A stretch of 64,000 nt of DNA. It comes from Eledone cirrhosa (lineage: Eukaryota). The translations under genes and the position numbers were made by a program. The first letter of the stretch is position 1. Each line of letters begins with the position of its first letter. The stretch covers positions 275,590,001 to 275,654,000 of the forward strand of contig OZ024743.1 in NCBI GenBank assembly GCA_964016885.1, read 5' to 3'. The notes below the pieces were generated by a model. That model made no database searches. It saw only the letters and a list, made by a program, of their open reading frames with translations, and was not told the DNA's origin. Shown piece by piece: positions 12,798-24,832 of the stretch.

Positions 12798-13003
12798 GAG
12801 GGCAGTGGATTGGCAGTATCGGTAGAGGATCGAATGCCAAGCTTTGCAGCTTAGAGTTACGGCCCTTTATGATCTGAGTTCAAATCCCGCCGAGGTTAAC
12901 TTTGCCTTTCATCCTTACGGGGTTAATAAAATAAAGCACCAGTAACGCGCTGGGGTCGATTTAATTGACTTTTCCCTCCCCACAAATTATTGAAACCATT
13001 ATT
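12798..13003 (+). mobile_element. tRNA-derived SINE, representative of ~25 copies (e.g. 160-390 -, 15001-15205, 38945-39135 -, 39175-39412, 40580-41035, 43000-43195, 45940-46165 -, 54570-54790, 56706-56914 -)
   Basis: Recurring ggcagtggattggcag...ctgagttcaaatcccgccgaggttaactttgcctttcatcc...gtaccag with A/B-box-like motifs. Confidence 0.9.
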
Positions 13004-13309
13004 CATGTCCGCTCATTTTATTTTATCGTAAATGTATTTTTCCTTATATGTAGCATTGAAGCTTCAAGATGCTCGACAACTCATTAAATAGGACCAGCCA
13101 TAGAATGTGACTTTTACGTAACTGTTCAAGATGCTAAAAATAGCTGCCAAATCTCCCTAAAATGCTGTCTTGTAAGACGAGAGGACAGAGTAAAATATAT
13201 ATTTATATACCCAGGTTATTCTAGTGGCTGGAGCTATGTGAAGGCACAACCAAAACCTTCTTCATCTAGAAGACAAATAGATATTTGAATGGAACTAAGT
13301 TATATACAT

Positions 13310-13655
13310 AGGCAGTGAAATGGCAGAGTCGTTAGAACGTCGGATAGAATGTTTATAGTATTCGTTCCGGCTCTCTGAGTTTGAATCCCGCCGAGGTCAA
13401 CTTTGCCTTTCATCTTTTCGAGTTCGATAAAACAAAGTACCAATCTACTACTAGGGTCGATTCTTCCTCTATATCTCTCTCTCTCTCTCTCTCATTTCCT
13501 TTGTATTACTTTCTATCTTTCTCTGGTAGAAATCTGCTGTATTCAGGCTTGGAGAGGGATAGGCTCCGTCAGGCTTAAAATGCCCAAGAAACGCTATATG
13601 TCAATACAGCTCCCCTACAACTCTATCAGGAGTTACGGGACCATACATACAAGTT
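13310..13655 (+). mobile_element. Composite SINE with extended 3' module (also 47060-47340 -, 47720-48005 +, 51935-52605 -, 57790-58040 +)
   Basis: SINE head followed by (CT)n, gaagaaatcagctgtgttcag...ggagttacggg and (CATA)n tail. Confidence 0.7.
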
Positions 13656-14228
13656 ATATACACACATGAAATAGAATCCATCAAGCACAAGAAAAGAGTA
13701 TCCAGCTGAAAGATCTATAAATTTGAATCATTACTCGTTGCAAGTAGTTATCACCATCACCATCATCATCATCATCATTTAACGTCCATTTTCTCTGCTA
13801 GCAAGGGTTGAAGGGTCGACACAGACAAAGTCAGTACTTAATCGGAGCCACTGACCTCTTAAACGGGTTAGGGGTCGCATCTCGCTAACATATTTTCACG
13901 CACTTTACAGGGCGCGGCAGGTATTTTATCGAGGCACCAGTACAAGAAAGGACGCCAATCTTTGACATGATTGAAGGGTTCTCTCTACTCTTTGGCACGT
14001 TTTCTACAGTTGAATATCCTTCCTACCACCAACCACTTACAACAAAATGTGTTAACGAATTCAGATTTGTAGTTATAAATTATATATATTTCTCCAAATA
14101 CAACAAAGATGTATTTCTGTCTAGGAACTTGCTGATACAGTAGCTCAAACTATTATCGAATTATTCAAGGACAATTGCCATATTATTCGCTTGTTAGGTC
14201 TATAATTTTCATACATTGATATACATTG

Positions 14229-14337
<109 letters not shown>

Positions 14338-15416
14338 TACCTAACGTCGACGATGGATGTCCGTCAGGTTCGACGATAAGTGTTCCAGTTATTCAATCAG
14401 CTGAAGAGCCTACACATAATATGTACGTGTAAGTGGCTGAATATTCCTCAAATAAGTGTCTTTTTAATGTAATTCTCAGGGAGATTCTGCATGACTCAAT
14501 GTGGCCCTTTGAATTATAGTTTCCGTCTACCCAATTTCCCTCACAAGGTATGCGTCAACCCGAGGTTATATTAAACAACATTTAATCATGATGCCACGCA
14601 GTTGGATTTAGCCCAGGACTAATTGCGCAGCAAAATTCTTAACCATTCGGCCATGCTGCATCTGCACACACACACATACACACACACACACACTCACATA
14701 CACTCACACACACACCACTCCCCCACCCACACATACATGTATATTATATCTACAAGCAGAAAACCACCAGGAGGGTAATGAATCTGTTAATATACATTAC
14801 GACGGTCGGCTACAAGGTTCATAGGCTGAAAAGTTCATAGGCTGAAAAGTGCTTAAATTCTTATAAGCGGAGATGGGCTGGAATAAACGGGAAGAGTCGG
14901 TAATTGTATAATGTAGGTCTGTAAATATGGGATTCTTGTAATGTTCTTTTTTTGTCATATATAATGTTTTTTAAATGTAAAATAAAATTATTATTAGATT
15001 CTGGATTGGCAGTATCGGTAGAGGGTTGGACGCCATGCTTTGCTTTGCCATGCTTTGCAGCAAAGAGTTACGGCCCTTTATGGTCTGAGTTCAAATCCCG
15101 CCAAGGTTAACTTTGCCTTTCATCCTTACGGAGTCAATAAAATAAAGAACCAGTAATACACTGGGATAAATGCTGGCCTTGTGCCAAAAGTAGAAACAAT
15201 TATTAGAGTCTGCTGTATTGATATGAATCACTTACAATTAAACTTCTCCGGACAGATTAGCAAATTTAATAAGCGGGTGGTGGGATGGGTGTGGAATAAA
15301 AGTGGGAGGAGTGGAAAATATCTGAAAAATTAATAACGGGGAGGGGGGGGGGCAATTATTCAAAACCTGAGACTTCACAATCTTTCAATTCTTGCTTCTT
15401 TTTATTTTATTTTTAG

Positions 15417-15541
15417 ACAGATAAATCTAAAACCAAAGAAACTCTACAGAAGTTAAATGAAGGGATTCATTTATTGGAGCAAACCTTTGATAATAATAAG
15501 AAACGTTTAGAGAAGATTGTTTCAGCAGAAATACACTCCAG
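15417..15541 (+). CDS. CCDC154: Host gene exon (TDKSKTKETLQKLNEG...KIVSAEIHSR)
   Basis: Long polypyrimidine tract ending ttttag, ag|gtaatg donor, phase 0/2. Confidence 0.85.
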
Positions 15542-15944
15542 GTAATGGACAGAACATATATAACGGACATGGCTTGCTTGTGTGTTTGGGGCAAAGTTTA
15601 TGTGTGTGAGTGTATGTAGTAAGTTTGTATGTGAGTGTGTGTGTAGTGAGCATGTGTGATTTTGTGTGTGGTGAGTATGCGTCTGTGTGTGTCTCTTTCA
15701 GTTGACACTGCTTAAAATATCGGTGCTTTTTTATTATGTCCCGTAACATAGCAGTTCGACAATAGAGATCGAGAAAATAAGTACCAGACTTGAAAAAATA
15801 ATTGCTCGGGCCAATACGTTTCACTAAACCCTTGAAAGTGCTGTTCACTCTTGGTCCAATGACTGAGTCCAGTAAAGGAATAAAGAAATATTCAATATGA
15901 GAGAGCTGCTTTAGTAAGTTTACTCAGCAAACTGAGAAGCACTT

Positions 15945-16085
15945 TAAACATAGAACGTCTTGATTTGTGGCTCAACAATTTAAACAAAGAACATGATGAT
16001 TTTGAGGCTCAACACTTTAAACACAGAACATGGTGATTTGCGGCTCAACACTTTAAACAGAGAATGTGGTGATTTGCGGCTCAAA
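15945..16085. repeat. ~34-bp minisatellite, about 4 units
   Basis: cactttaaacacagaacatggtgatttgcggctcaa repeated. Confidence 0.8.
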
Positions 16086-16336
16086 CTCATAAACCTGCAA
16101 TCTAACACTGTCTTCTCCATCAAACAACCCTTAAAAAATAAATCAAGTTATTTTTAATGACTCTTTTCTCGTGTAATTTTTATTAAACACTGGTAAATTC
16201 GTTATGTTTTCTAAATATATATTTCATTAATTTGTTTTGGTGGATAACTAGAAATTAAATTTTGTTATAAGTGGTCGATCAAGTAAAATGTTTGAAAAGT
16301 CCTGTATAATTTTTTTGTTTTTTAATATTTTTGCAG

Positions 16337-16463
16337 GAAAACACATGAAAAGGCTACGACTGAGAAGTTTTACGAAGTACAAGAAAAAATTCAAATTGCC
16401 ACGATTCATATTCAACAAAACCTTGGCGAGGTCAAAGGTCGACTGGAAGACTATATGAACAAA
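16337..16463 (+). CDS. CCDC154: Host gene exon (KTHEKATTEKFYEVQEK...LEDYMNK)
   Basis: ttttgcag acceptor, gttagt donor, phase 2/0. Confidence 0.85.
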
Positions 16464-17479
16464 GTTAGTGTATCATGTTATTTACTAAAATATATATTTT
16501 TAACAACTCTCTGTACACACGTGTGAGCACTTTATTCCCAACACAATTTTCATTTCTTTGATGAGGATCTCTGCTCCTTTCAATTTAGGCAAAAGGCCAG
16601 CAAATTTAGAGCACTTACCACCCATCTTTCGCTCCATCACCAGCAAACATGTAGCTACAAATACCCCCCACCCCCACCCCGGTACTATCTTTTCCATCGT
16701 AATCTGGTGACAGAGCGAAAGGTCAAGGAGAAGCGGTCTTTGAGAGAAAGAGAGTGATCGCTGGTGACAAAGAGAAGGTGATATTTGGGTGGGGTATAAC
16801 TAGATGTGACACATCCTTCATATGTAATCGCGATAAAGGAAGAAAGTTGACTGATAAGAGTAATGGCAGGATAAAAAGGGGTAAAGACCCCCCTTCGGTC
16901 ATGAATGACCATGGGTTTTGCACCCCCCAAGGTGCATGACCAAGCAAGGTGGTTTTGTGACAGACCAGCAATCGCTTATGCATACCAGTGTCCCCTCTCC
17001 ACACCACGGATGTTGTCCAAAGAAAAGGCAAAGCCGATGCATTTTGGCACCAGTGATATCGCAACTCATTTCTACAGGTGAGTGAACTAGAACAATGTGA
17101 AATAAATTGTCTTTTTCAAGGAAACAACGCATCAACCGATCCAAGAATCGAAATCACAATCTCACGATTGTTAATCCAACTCTCTAACCACTAAGCCACG
17201 CGACTTCACAATGGTAGGGTAGGGTGGGTCTTAATACAGCCAGGACTAACGATAGCTTTTGTTGCGTGGGTGGCATGGTGCAATGCACATGGGTGTGGAT
17301 AGGTGAGTGTAAGGAGGAGAGGGTTGAATAGATTCAATGTGATCCCCAGTTATGTGGACAGTATAATAGAGTGGATATGGAGTATGGTGAGTAAAAATGG
17401 AGATAGATGGAATTATTAGTTGAGAGACCCAATGTAGATATAACTCCAAGCACCCAATATTTATATATATACACAGTAA

Positions 17480-17512
<33 letters not shown>

Positions 17513-17683
17513 AAATTGTATATATATATATATATATACATATATATACATATATATATATATACATATATATATATAAGGTATAAATCGTATATATATA
17601 TACACATATATATACATATATATATATATAAGGTATAAATCGTATATATATATATACACATATATATACATATATATATATAC

Positions 17684-17716
<33 letters not shown>

Positions 17717-17893
17717 CATATATATACATATATATACATATATATACATATATATATATACATATATATATATACATATATATATATACATATATATATA
17801 TACATATATATATATACATATATATATATACATATATTTCGTTTCTGAATTTGTTTAGCAAGATTCTTTATCTGAAATCGTGTGTTGAAACCG

Positions 17894-18422
17894 ATATTGT
17901 TATACTTTGGGAGGGTCATGTTGCCAATAAGAAACACACGCACCAGTTGCTTTCACTTCAATTTAATTTAATATATATTTATAAATTTACAAATTTATAA
18001 ATTTCTGGTTGGTTGGTTGGTTCCACAACCAGATAGTTGTTTATATATATATAGTCATAGTTCTTTCGTCACACACTCTGTGACCTCTTCAGTGACTGGG
18101 GATTTCTTTCTTCGTTTCTGTGCCTTTCCTTTCTTCTATCCTACGCCATTTTGTTTTCAAAACAAAATGGCGTAGGATAGAAGAAAGGAAAGGCACAGAA
18201 ACGAAGAAAGAAATCCCCAGTCACTGAAGAGGTCACAGAGTGTGTGACGAAAGAACTATGACTATATATATATAAACAACTATCTGGTTGTGGAACCAAC
18301 CAACCAACCAGAAATTTATAAATTTGTAAATTTATAAATATATATTAAATTAAATTGAAGTGAAAGCAACTGGTGCGTGTGTTTCTTATTGGCAACATGA
18401 CCCTCCCAAAGTATAACAATAT
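17894..18422. repeat. Palindrome of Penelope-like pLTR family A (264-bp arms, 1-nt loop at 18158)
   Basis: ttttgtttt-c-aaaacaaaa centre, arms mirror out to atattgttatac/gtataacaatat; family also at 1700-2010, 24730-25022 and 39742-39955. Confidence 0.9.
18219..18263 (+). ncRNA. Type I hammerhead motif (family A)
   Basis: AGUCA-CUGAAGA-G-GUCACA(GAGUG)UGUGAC-GAAA-GAAC-UA-UGACU; one extra nt after A9; mirrored at 18053-18097 on the - strand. Confidence 0.75.
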
Positions 18423-18440
18423 ATACATATATATATACAC

Positions 18441-18489
<49 letters not shown>

Positions 18490-18500
18490 CATATATACAC

Positions 18501-18593
<93 letters not shown>

Positions 18594-18605
18594 CATATAC
18601 ACATA

Positions 18606-18673
<68 letters not shown>

Positions 18674-18906
18674 CATATATATATACATATATATATGTAC
18701 ATATATATATACATATATATATATATATACATATATATATAATATATAAGATCAAAAGATTGTTAAAGGAGTTCCATGTATTTTATTATGCGCATTTCAA
18801 AAACAAACATCATCATGCAATAATATTTGTGTTTTCATCAGATAAAACAGGAGAACATGATATGAAGGCTAAAAAACACTTGTGGATAGTGCAGTTTTAA
18901 ATCAAC

Positions 18907-18937
<31 letters not shown>

Positions 18938-19075
18938 CATATATATATATACATATATATATATACATATATATATACATATATATATTTATATACATAT
19001 ATATATACATATATATATACATATATATATACATATATATATACATATACATATATATATATACATATATATATA

Positions 19076-19125
<50 letters not shown>

Positions 19126-19138
19126 CATATATATATAC

Positions 19139-19169
<31 letters not shown>

Positions 19170-19194
19170 CATACATATATATATATATACACTA

Positions 19195-19852
19195 TCATCA
19201 TCATCATCATCATCAGGTTTAGCGTCCGTGTTCCACGCTTGCATGGGTTTGGACGGGGGTAGTCCCACTTGAGGCAAGAGTGGTTGTCTTGCTCGCATAG
19301 GACTGTCTGGCGGGTTTTCTACAGTTGGATGCCCTTCCTAACACCAACCACATTTACAGTGTGGGGCTGGGAGGTTTTTACCGTGTTGCCTACACGGCCA
19401 CATTACAGCGTGGACTGTCTGGCGGGTTTTCTACAGCTGGATGCCCTTCCTAACACCAACCACATTTACAGTGTGGGGCTGGGAGGTTTTTACCGTGTTG
19501 CCTACACGGCCACATTTACAGCGTGGACTGTGTGTTTTTTGTCGTGACACCTACACGATCTCATTTGTTTCGGCCTGGATGTTGTGGGACCAACATAACT
19601 TTACATTGAAAGGGGCGGTGTGGGTGGGGTGGAGGTGGTGGGATGGGGGGGTGTTTTGATAGAGATGCCTACTGACTGTAGTAGGTTTTTACTTTGTATT
19701 TAGGTAAGGCGGGTCTTCTCTATTACTGAGTACCGCCAAAGGTCTCGGTCCAGTGACATTGTCTTGGAGAGGTGTAAGCGTGTGAGGTCGGAATTTATCA
19801 GCTCGTCCCATGTTTTTCTGGGTCTGCCTACTCCGTGGCTACCGTCTATCTT
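19195..19852 (-). mobile_element. RTE 3' fragment with (GAT)n tail
   Basis: Encodes IKIDGSHGVGRPRKTWDEL...RLT*, near-identical to the intact RTE C-terminus; internal ~105-bp duplication in the 3' UTR. Confidence 0.9.
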
Positions 19853-19855
19853 TAT

Positions 19856-19915
<60 letters not shown>

Positions 19916-19919
19916 CCCC

Positions 19920-20226
19920 GTTCCATGTAAAGTTATGTTGGTGCCGCGCCATCCAGGCCGAAACAAACGAGATCGTGTAGGTGTCACGACAAAAAAACAC
20001 ACAGTCCACGCTGTAATGTGGCCGTGTAGGCAACACGGTAAAAACCTCCCAGACCCACACTGTAAATGTGGTTGGTGTTAGGAAGGGCATCCAACTGTAG
20101 AAAACCTGCCAGACAGTCCTATGCGAGCAAGACAATCACTCTTGCCTCAAGTGGGACTACCCCCGTCCAAACCCATGCAAGCGTGGAACACGGACGTTAA
20201 ACGTTGATGATGATGATGATGATGAT
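19920..20226 (+). mobile_element. RTE 3' UTR fragment
   Basis: Inverted copy of 19195-19610, ends ggacgttaaacgttgatgatga. Confidence 0.85.
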
Positions 20227-20254
20227 ATATATATATACATATATACATACATAC

Positions 20255-23200
20255 ATTTCCAAAACAAATCCTGTATTTTTGTCGTATTTTCCAAAACAAA
20301 TTTTGTATTTTTGTTAATGCTTGTTAAATTATGCCCAAATACGAGGATCTTATTTAAACCTTACCTTCTCGCTTACCTAAACTACCCCAACCTTAATTCT
20401 GTCGTATTTTTCAAAACAAAAATCCTTCTTATATATTCTTTTTAAAATATATTTGTTATTTCGAGGACCGTATTTAAACTCTTAATTCCCGCTCCTTACT
20501 ATCCTCTCCCCCTCCCCCACATCATGCAGGTTCGCGGTCAGACCCCCCCCCCCACTCTACATCATGCGGCCAAACCTCCCCCCGCCATCTTTCTCTCTCT
20601 CTATTTATATATATAAGATAAACCCTACAAGTAATCACATTCGCCAAATTCATGGCTGCTTTCACGGTATAATGTAATGTAATGTACACATTTTTCTTCC
20701 ATTTCTCCACTCCATTTCATTCCTTAGTCCACCCATCCGACAATTCTCTACCATTTTCTCTTCCCCGAATCCAATCTTTGCCTCGCTACTCGTCACTCTA
20801 TCGTATTTTCCAAAACAAATCCTGTATTTTTGTCGTATTTTCCAAAACAAATCTTGTATTTTTGTTAATGCTTGTTAAATTATGCCCAAATACGAGGATC
20901 TTATTTAAACCTTACCTTCTCGCTAACAACTCAACATCCCTCCCGCCCGCCCCCACACACCACCATTATTATTACGTGGACCAATCATAAGTCAGAGGCC
21001 TATACTATCGCTTACCTGGTTGCCTTTCGATATGATGGATGGATGGACTACGGAATTCTGGAGAGTTGAAGAGAGAAAAATCTGGACGCTCAGCGACAAT
21101 GCCAAAGATAAAGATAAAGACAAATTCACCTCGTGGACGAGAATGCGAGCACTCCTCCTCTTTGTTTCGGCCGCGGATGGCTAACATAACCCCATCTCCC
21201 CCTGCGCCCCACCGCTCCCACCCTCCAAACGCAATCCAAAACTTCAGAGTTGGTACCATGAATGTAGGCACCTTAAAGGGTCGCTCTAACGAGGTTGTAG
21301 AAATGCTTGAACGTAAGGAGGTCGATGTTTGTTGTATTCAAGAGACCAGATGGAGGGGTGGGTCTGCTAGATTCATTGTGGGTAAAAAACGATGCTATAA
21401 GCTTTTCTGGGTGGGAAATGACAATGGTCTGGGTGGAGTAGGAATCATGGTAGCAGAAAAGTGGGCAGATAAGATAATAGACGTAAATAGAGTGAACGAC
21501 AGAATAATTAAAATAAGACTTGTTCTCAATAGAATTACGGTGACAGTAATATCTGCGTACGCACCCCAATCCGAACTGCCCGGCGCTATAAAAGACAGAT
21601 TCTATGAGACACTGATGCTCACTACCTCCCAAATAACTGACAGTGACTATATAATTATTGCAGGAGACCTAAATGGTCACGTTGAACAACATTGTGACGG
21701 CTATGACGGAATCCATGGAGGCTATGGGTTTGGTACTAGAAATGAGGAAGGCTCCAGAATCCTGGAATTCTGTGACGCAAATAACCTAACTATCTGTAAC
21801 ACTAACTTCAAAAAACGTGACAATCACCTGATCACCTATAGATCGGGGAAACACACAAGCCAGGTAGATTATATTCTTACCAGAAGACGTGACAGAGTGT
21901 CTGTTGTAAACACTAAATCCCTCCCCCATGAAGAATGCACCTCCCAACATAGACTGATAATTAGCGACCTTATAGTCAGGACGAGACGTACTAGACAGCA
22001 GAAGAGGATTATCCTCAGGAGACAAATATGGAAGCTAAAGGACCCCACAGCCAGAAATAAATTTAAAAGCATACTACTTGATGCTTTCGACAGTAAGGAA
22101 GAGCAATTAGAGTCGTACAATATAGAGGAACAGTGGGAATTCCTGAAAGCAAACCTGCTGATGGCGGCAGACGAAGTCTGTGGCTGGAGCAGGCCTGTAG
22201 GCAGGAGGAGAGTAACATGGTGGTGGAACAGTAAGGTGGAGGGGTCAATTAAGGCCAAAAAGCAGGCTTGGAAAGTATGGCGGGATGGGGGAAGTAGAGA
22301 AGACTATCAAGTGGCCAGGAGGGAAGCTAGGAGACAAGTGTACTTCGCAAGAAGGGAAGCAGAGGAAAGAAAGTTCAAGTATGTTCTACAACGCGAGGAC
22401 CAAAAGCGTGAGGTGTTCAGGATTGCTAGGCAATGTGTCAAGGAAAACTGTGATATTGTCGGGGAGAAGTGTGTACTTAATGATGACGGCGTACTTGCCA
22501 TCACCGACGCTGATAAGAAGGTATCTTGGAAGTGCCACTACGAAAGGCTACTAAATGAGGAGAATAAATGGGAGAAAGACAGTCTCCCCCACATCGACCC
22601 AATAGAGGGACCAGCAGTGTTAGTCGAGGGTAGTATAATAAGTAAGGCAATCAAAGATATGAAGACGGGTAAGGCGGCTGGGCCTTCGGAAATAGTTGCT
22701 GAGATGCTGAAGGCATCTGGAATGGTGGGACACACCATGGTCACCCGGATAGTTAACCAAGTCGTACAGAATGGGGTTGTTCCGAAGGACTGGTGTAGCA
22801 GCATCATCGTTAACTGTTATAAGGGTAAAGGAGATGCCCTAGATAGGAGTAACTATAGAGGCATTAAATTAATCGACCAGGTCATGAAGGTCACGGAAAA
22901 AGTAATAGCGCAACTAAACAGAGAGAGAATTGATCTAGATGAAATGCAGTTCGGGTTCGTGTCAGGCAAAAGTACCACAGACGCTCTTTTCATTGTACGA
23001 CAACTACAGGAGAAGTACCTAGCTAAATGTAAACCCCTATACTTAGCTTTTGTTGACTTGGAGAAAGGCTTCGACAGAGTCCCCCGTTCCATTATCTGGT
23101 GGGCTCTTAGAAAACTAGGTGTTGACGAATGGCTTGTGAGAGCTATACAAGCCATGTATAAAGAAACAGTCAGCAAGGTTAGAATTAACAACGAATATAG

Positions 23201-24410
23201 TGAAGAGTTTAGCGTAAAAGTTGGTGTCCATCAGGGCTCTGTTCTTAGCCCCCTACTATTTATTATTGCCCTTCAGGCTATAACAGAGGAGTTCAAGACC
23301 GGCTGCCCATTAGAACTCCTATACGCAGATGACCTAACACTCATAGCTGAATCAATGGCCAAACTAGAGAAGAAATTTCAAACATGGAAGCACGGCCTAG
23401 AATCAAAAGGCCTTAAAATTAACCTGGCTAAGACTAAAGTTCTAGTTTGTAAGAAAGAAAATAAGGCGGCGGTCCCTTCCGGGAAGTGGCCATGCTCAGT
23501 GTGTAGGAAAGGCGTAGGTAGAAACTCCATTTTATGTCCCAAATGCAAAGTATGGGTGCATAAAAGATGTAGTGGGATCACAGGTAAGCTAACTAAGAAC
23601 ATAGATTTTACATGTGGCCGGTGCTCTGGTGCAATAAGTAACAGCAAGTGCCCACAGAATACTAGCTCCTTCAACTGCGCAGAGGGTTCTATAGAAATAG
23701 TGGACAGCTTCCGTTACCTGGGTGACAAAATCAGCAGTGGGGGAGGGTGCTCTGAAAGTACAGTAACTAGAGTCAGAACTGGATGGAAAAAGTTCAGAGA
23801 GCTTATACCACTATTAGCCGCTAAAGGGTTCTCCCTAAAAATGAAAGGCAGGTTGTATGATGCCTGCATACGAACAGCAATGTTGCATGGCAGTGAGACC
23901 TGGGCATTGTGTGCAGAGGATATATGCAGACAAGAGAGGAACGAAGCTTGCATGCTCCGCTGGATGTGTAATAGTAATATACGTGAATGGCAAAGCATAA
24001 ACGAACTAAGGAAAAAATTAGAAATAAGAGGGATCAGATGTTGTTTACTCGAGAGAAGGCTACGTTGGTATGGTCACGTGATGCGCATGAAAGTCGATAG
24101 CTGTATAACAAAGTGCAGGGCAATAAAGATAGACGGTAGCCACGGAATAGGCAGACCTAGAAAAACCTGGGACGAGCTGATAAACTCCGACCTCACACAC
24201 TTACACCTCTCCAAGACAATGTCACTGGACCGAGACCTTTGGTGGTACTCAGTAATAGAGAAGACCCGCCTTACCTAAATACATAGTAAAACCTACTACA
24301 GTCAGTAGGCATCTCTAACAAAATACACCCCGTCCCACCACCCCCACCCCATCCACACCGCCCCCTTCTATGTAAAGTTATGTTGGTGCCACACCATCCA
24401 GGCCGAAACA
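20255..24410 (+). mobile_element. Full-length RTE-clade LINE (3' UTR resumes at 27094-27341)
   Basis: 5' region shared with the - strand copy at 63070-63240; single ORF; 3' UTR shared with other copies. Confidence 0.85.
21039..24278 (+). CDS. RTE LINE polyprotein: APE endonuclease + reverse transcriptase + PHD-type zinc finger
   Basis: Uninterrupted 1079 aa; GTMNV, IQETRW, AGDLNGH, SQVDYIL (APE); QFGF, FVDLEKGFD, VHQGSVLSP, YADD, FRYLG (RT); RRLRWYGHV and GRPRKTW (RTE C-terminus). True start may be Met 21099 or 21177. Confidence 0.95.
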   Translation: MDGLRNSGELKREKSGRSATMPKIKIKTNSPRGRECEHSSSLFRPRMANITPSPPAPHRSHPPNAIQNFRVGTMNVGTLKGRSNEVVEMLERKEVDVCCIQETRWRGGSARFIVGKKRCYKLFWVGNDNGLGGVGIMVAEKWADKIIDVNRVNDRIIKIRLVLNRITVTVISAYAPQSELPGAIKDRFYETLMLTTSQITDSDYIIIAGDLNGHVEQHCDGYDGIHGGYGFGTRNEEGSRILEFCDANNLTICNTNFKKRDNHLITYRSGKHTSQVDYILTRRRDRVSVVNTKSLPHEECTSQHRLIISDLIVRTRRTRQQKRIILRRQIWKLKDPTARNKFKSILLDAFDSKEEQLESYNIEEQWEFLKANLLMAADEVCGWSRPVGRRRVTWWWNSKVEGSIKAKKQAWKVWRDGGSREDYQVARREARRQVYFARREAEERKFKYVLQREDQKREVFRIARQCVKENCDIVGEKCVLNDDGVLAITDADKKVSWKCHYERLLNEENKWEKDSLPHIDPIEGPAVLVEGSIISKAIKDMKTGKAAGPSEIVAEMLKASGMVGHTMVTRIVNQVVQNGVVPKDWCSSIIVNCYKGKGDALDRSNYRGIKLIDQVMKVTEKVIAQLNRERIDLDEMQFGFVSGKSTTDALFIVRQLQEKYLAKCKPLYLAFVDLEKGFDRVPRSIIWWALRKLGVDEWLVRAIQAMYKETVSKVRINNEYSEEFSVKVGVHQGSVLSPLLFIIALQAITEEFKTGCPLELLYADDLTLIAESMAKLEKKFQTWKHGLESKGLKINLAKTKVLVCKKENKAAVPSGKWPCSVCRKGVGRNSILCPKCKVWVHKRCSGITGKLTKNIDFTCGRCSGAISNSKCPQNTSSFNCAEGSIEIVDSFRYLGDKISSGGGCSESTVTRVRTGWKKFRELIPLLAAKGFSLKMKGRLYDACIRTAMLHGSETWALCAEDICRQERNEACMLRWMCNSNIREWQSINELRKKLEIRGIRCCLLERRLRWYGHVMRMKVDSCITKCRAIKIDGSHGIGRPRKTWDELINSDLTHLHLSKTMSLDRDLWWYSVIEKTRLT

Positions 24411-24459
24411 CGCAGTTGAAAGAGCTATATATTTGTTCTCCACATTCATCAGTCTTTCA

Positions 24460-24548
<89 letters not shown>

Positions 24549-24551
24549 GTA

Positions 24552-24583
<32 letters not shown>

Positions 24584-24655
24584 CATATATATATAATATA
24601 TATACATACATATATATACATATATATACATATATATATATATATATAACTTTGA

Positions 24656-24707
<52 letters not shown>

Positions 24708-24787
24708 GTATATATATATATATGTATATACAAGATGGCGTAGGACAGAACAAAGGAGAGGCACAAAAAACAAAGAAAAGAACCCCC

Positions 24788-24832
24788 AGTCACTGAAGAG
24801 GTCACAGAATGTGTGACGAAAGAACTTTGACA
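24788..24832 (+). ncRNA. Hammerhead motif, family A copy
   Basis: GUCA-CUGAAGAG-GUCACA..UGUGAC-GAAAGAACUU-UGAC. Confidence 0.65.

Larger units (their letters stand above)
17461..19195. repeat. Large (TA)n/(TACA)n microsatellite field with embedded palindrome
   Basis: Direct sequence; similar tracts at 24458-25167, 26848-27093 and 34440-35162. Confidence 0.95.

Noticed and set aside
12798-13003. SINE heads as functional tRNA genes
   Set aside because: A/B boxes only; no complete cloverleaf; high-copy and diverged
17246-19298. Long YIYI/ICIY ORFs (also 24378-25194, 27259-27707, 34423-35787, 46713-47134)
   Set aside because: Translations of (TA)n/(CA)n microsatellites, not proteins
21110-21200. 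HDV-like ribozyme near the RTE start
   Set aside because: Could not assemble the P1-P4 double pseudoknot by eye
24415-24461. Apparent - strand hammerhead (GAAAGA-CUGAUGA...UCUUUC)
   Set aside because: No GAAA core; the sequence is an inverted copy of RTE coding sequence ([10 protein letters not shown])
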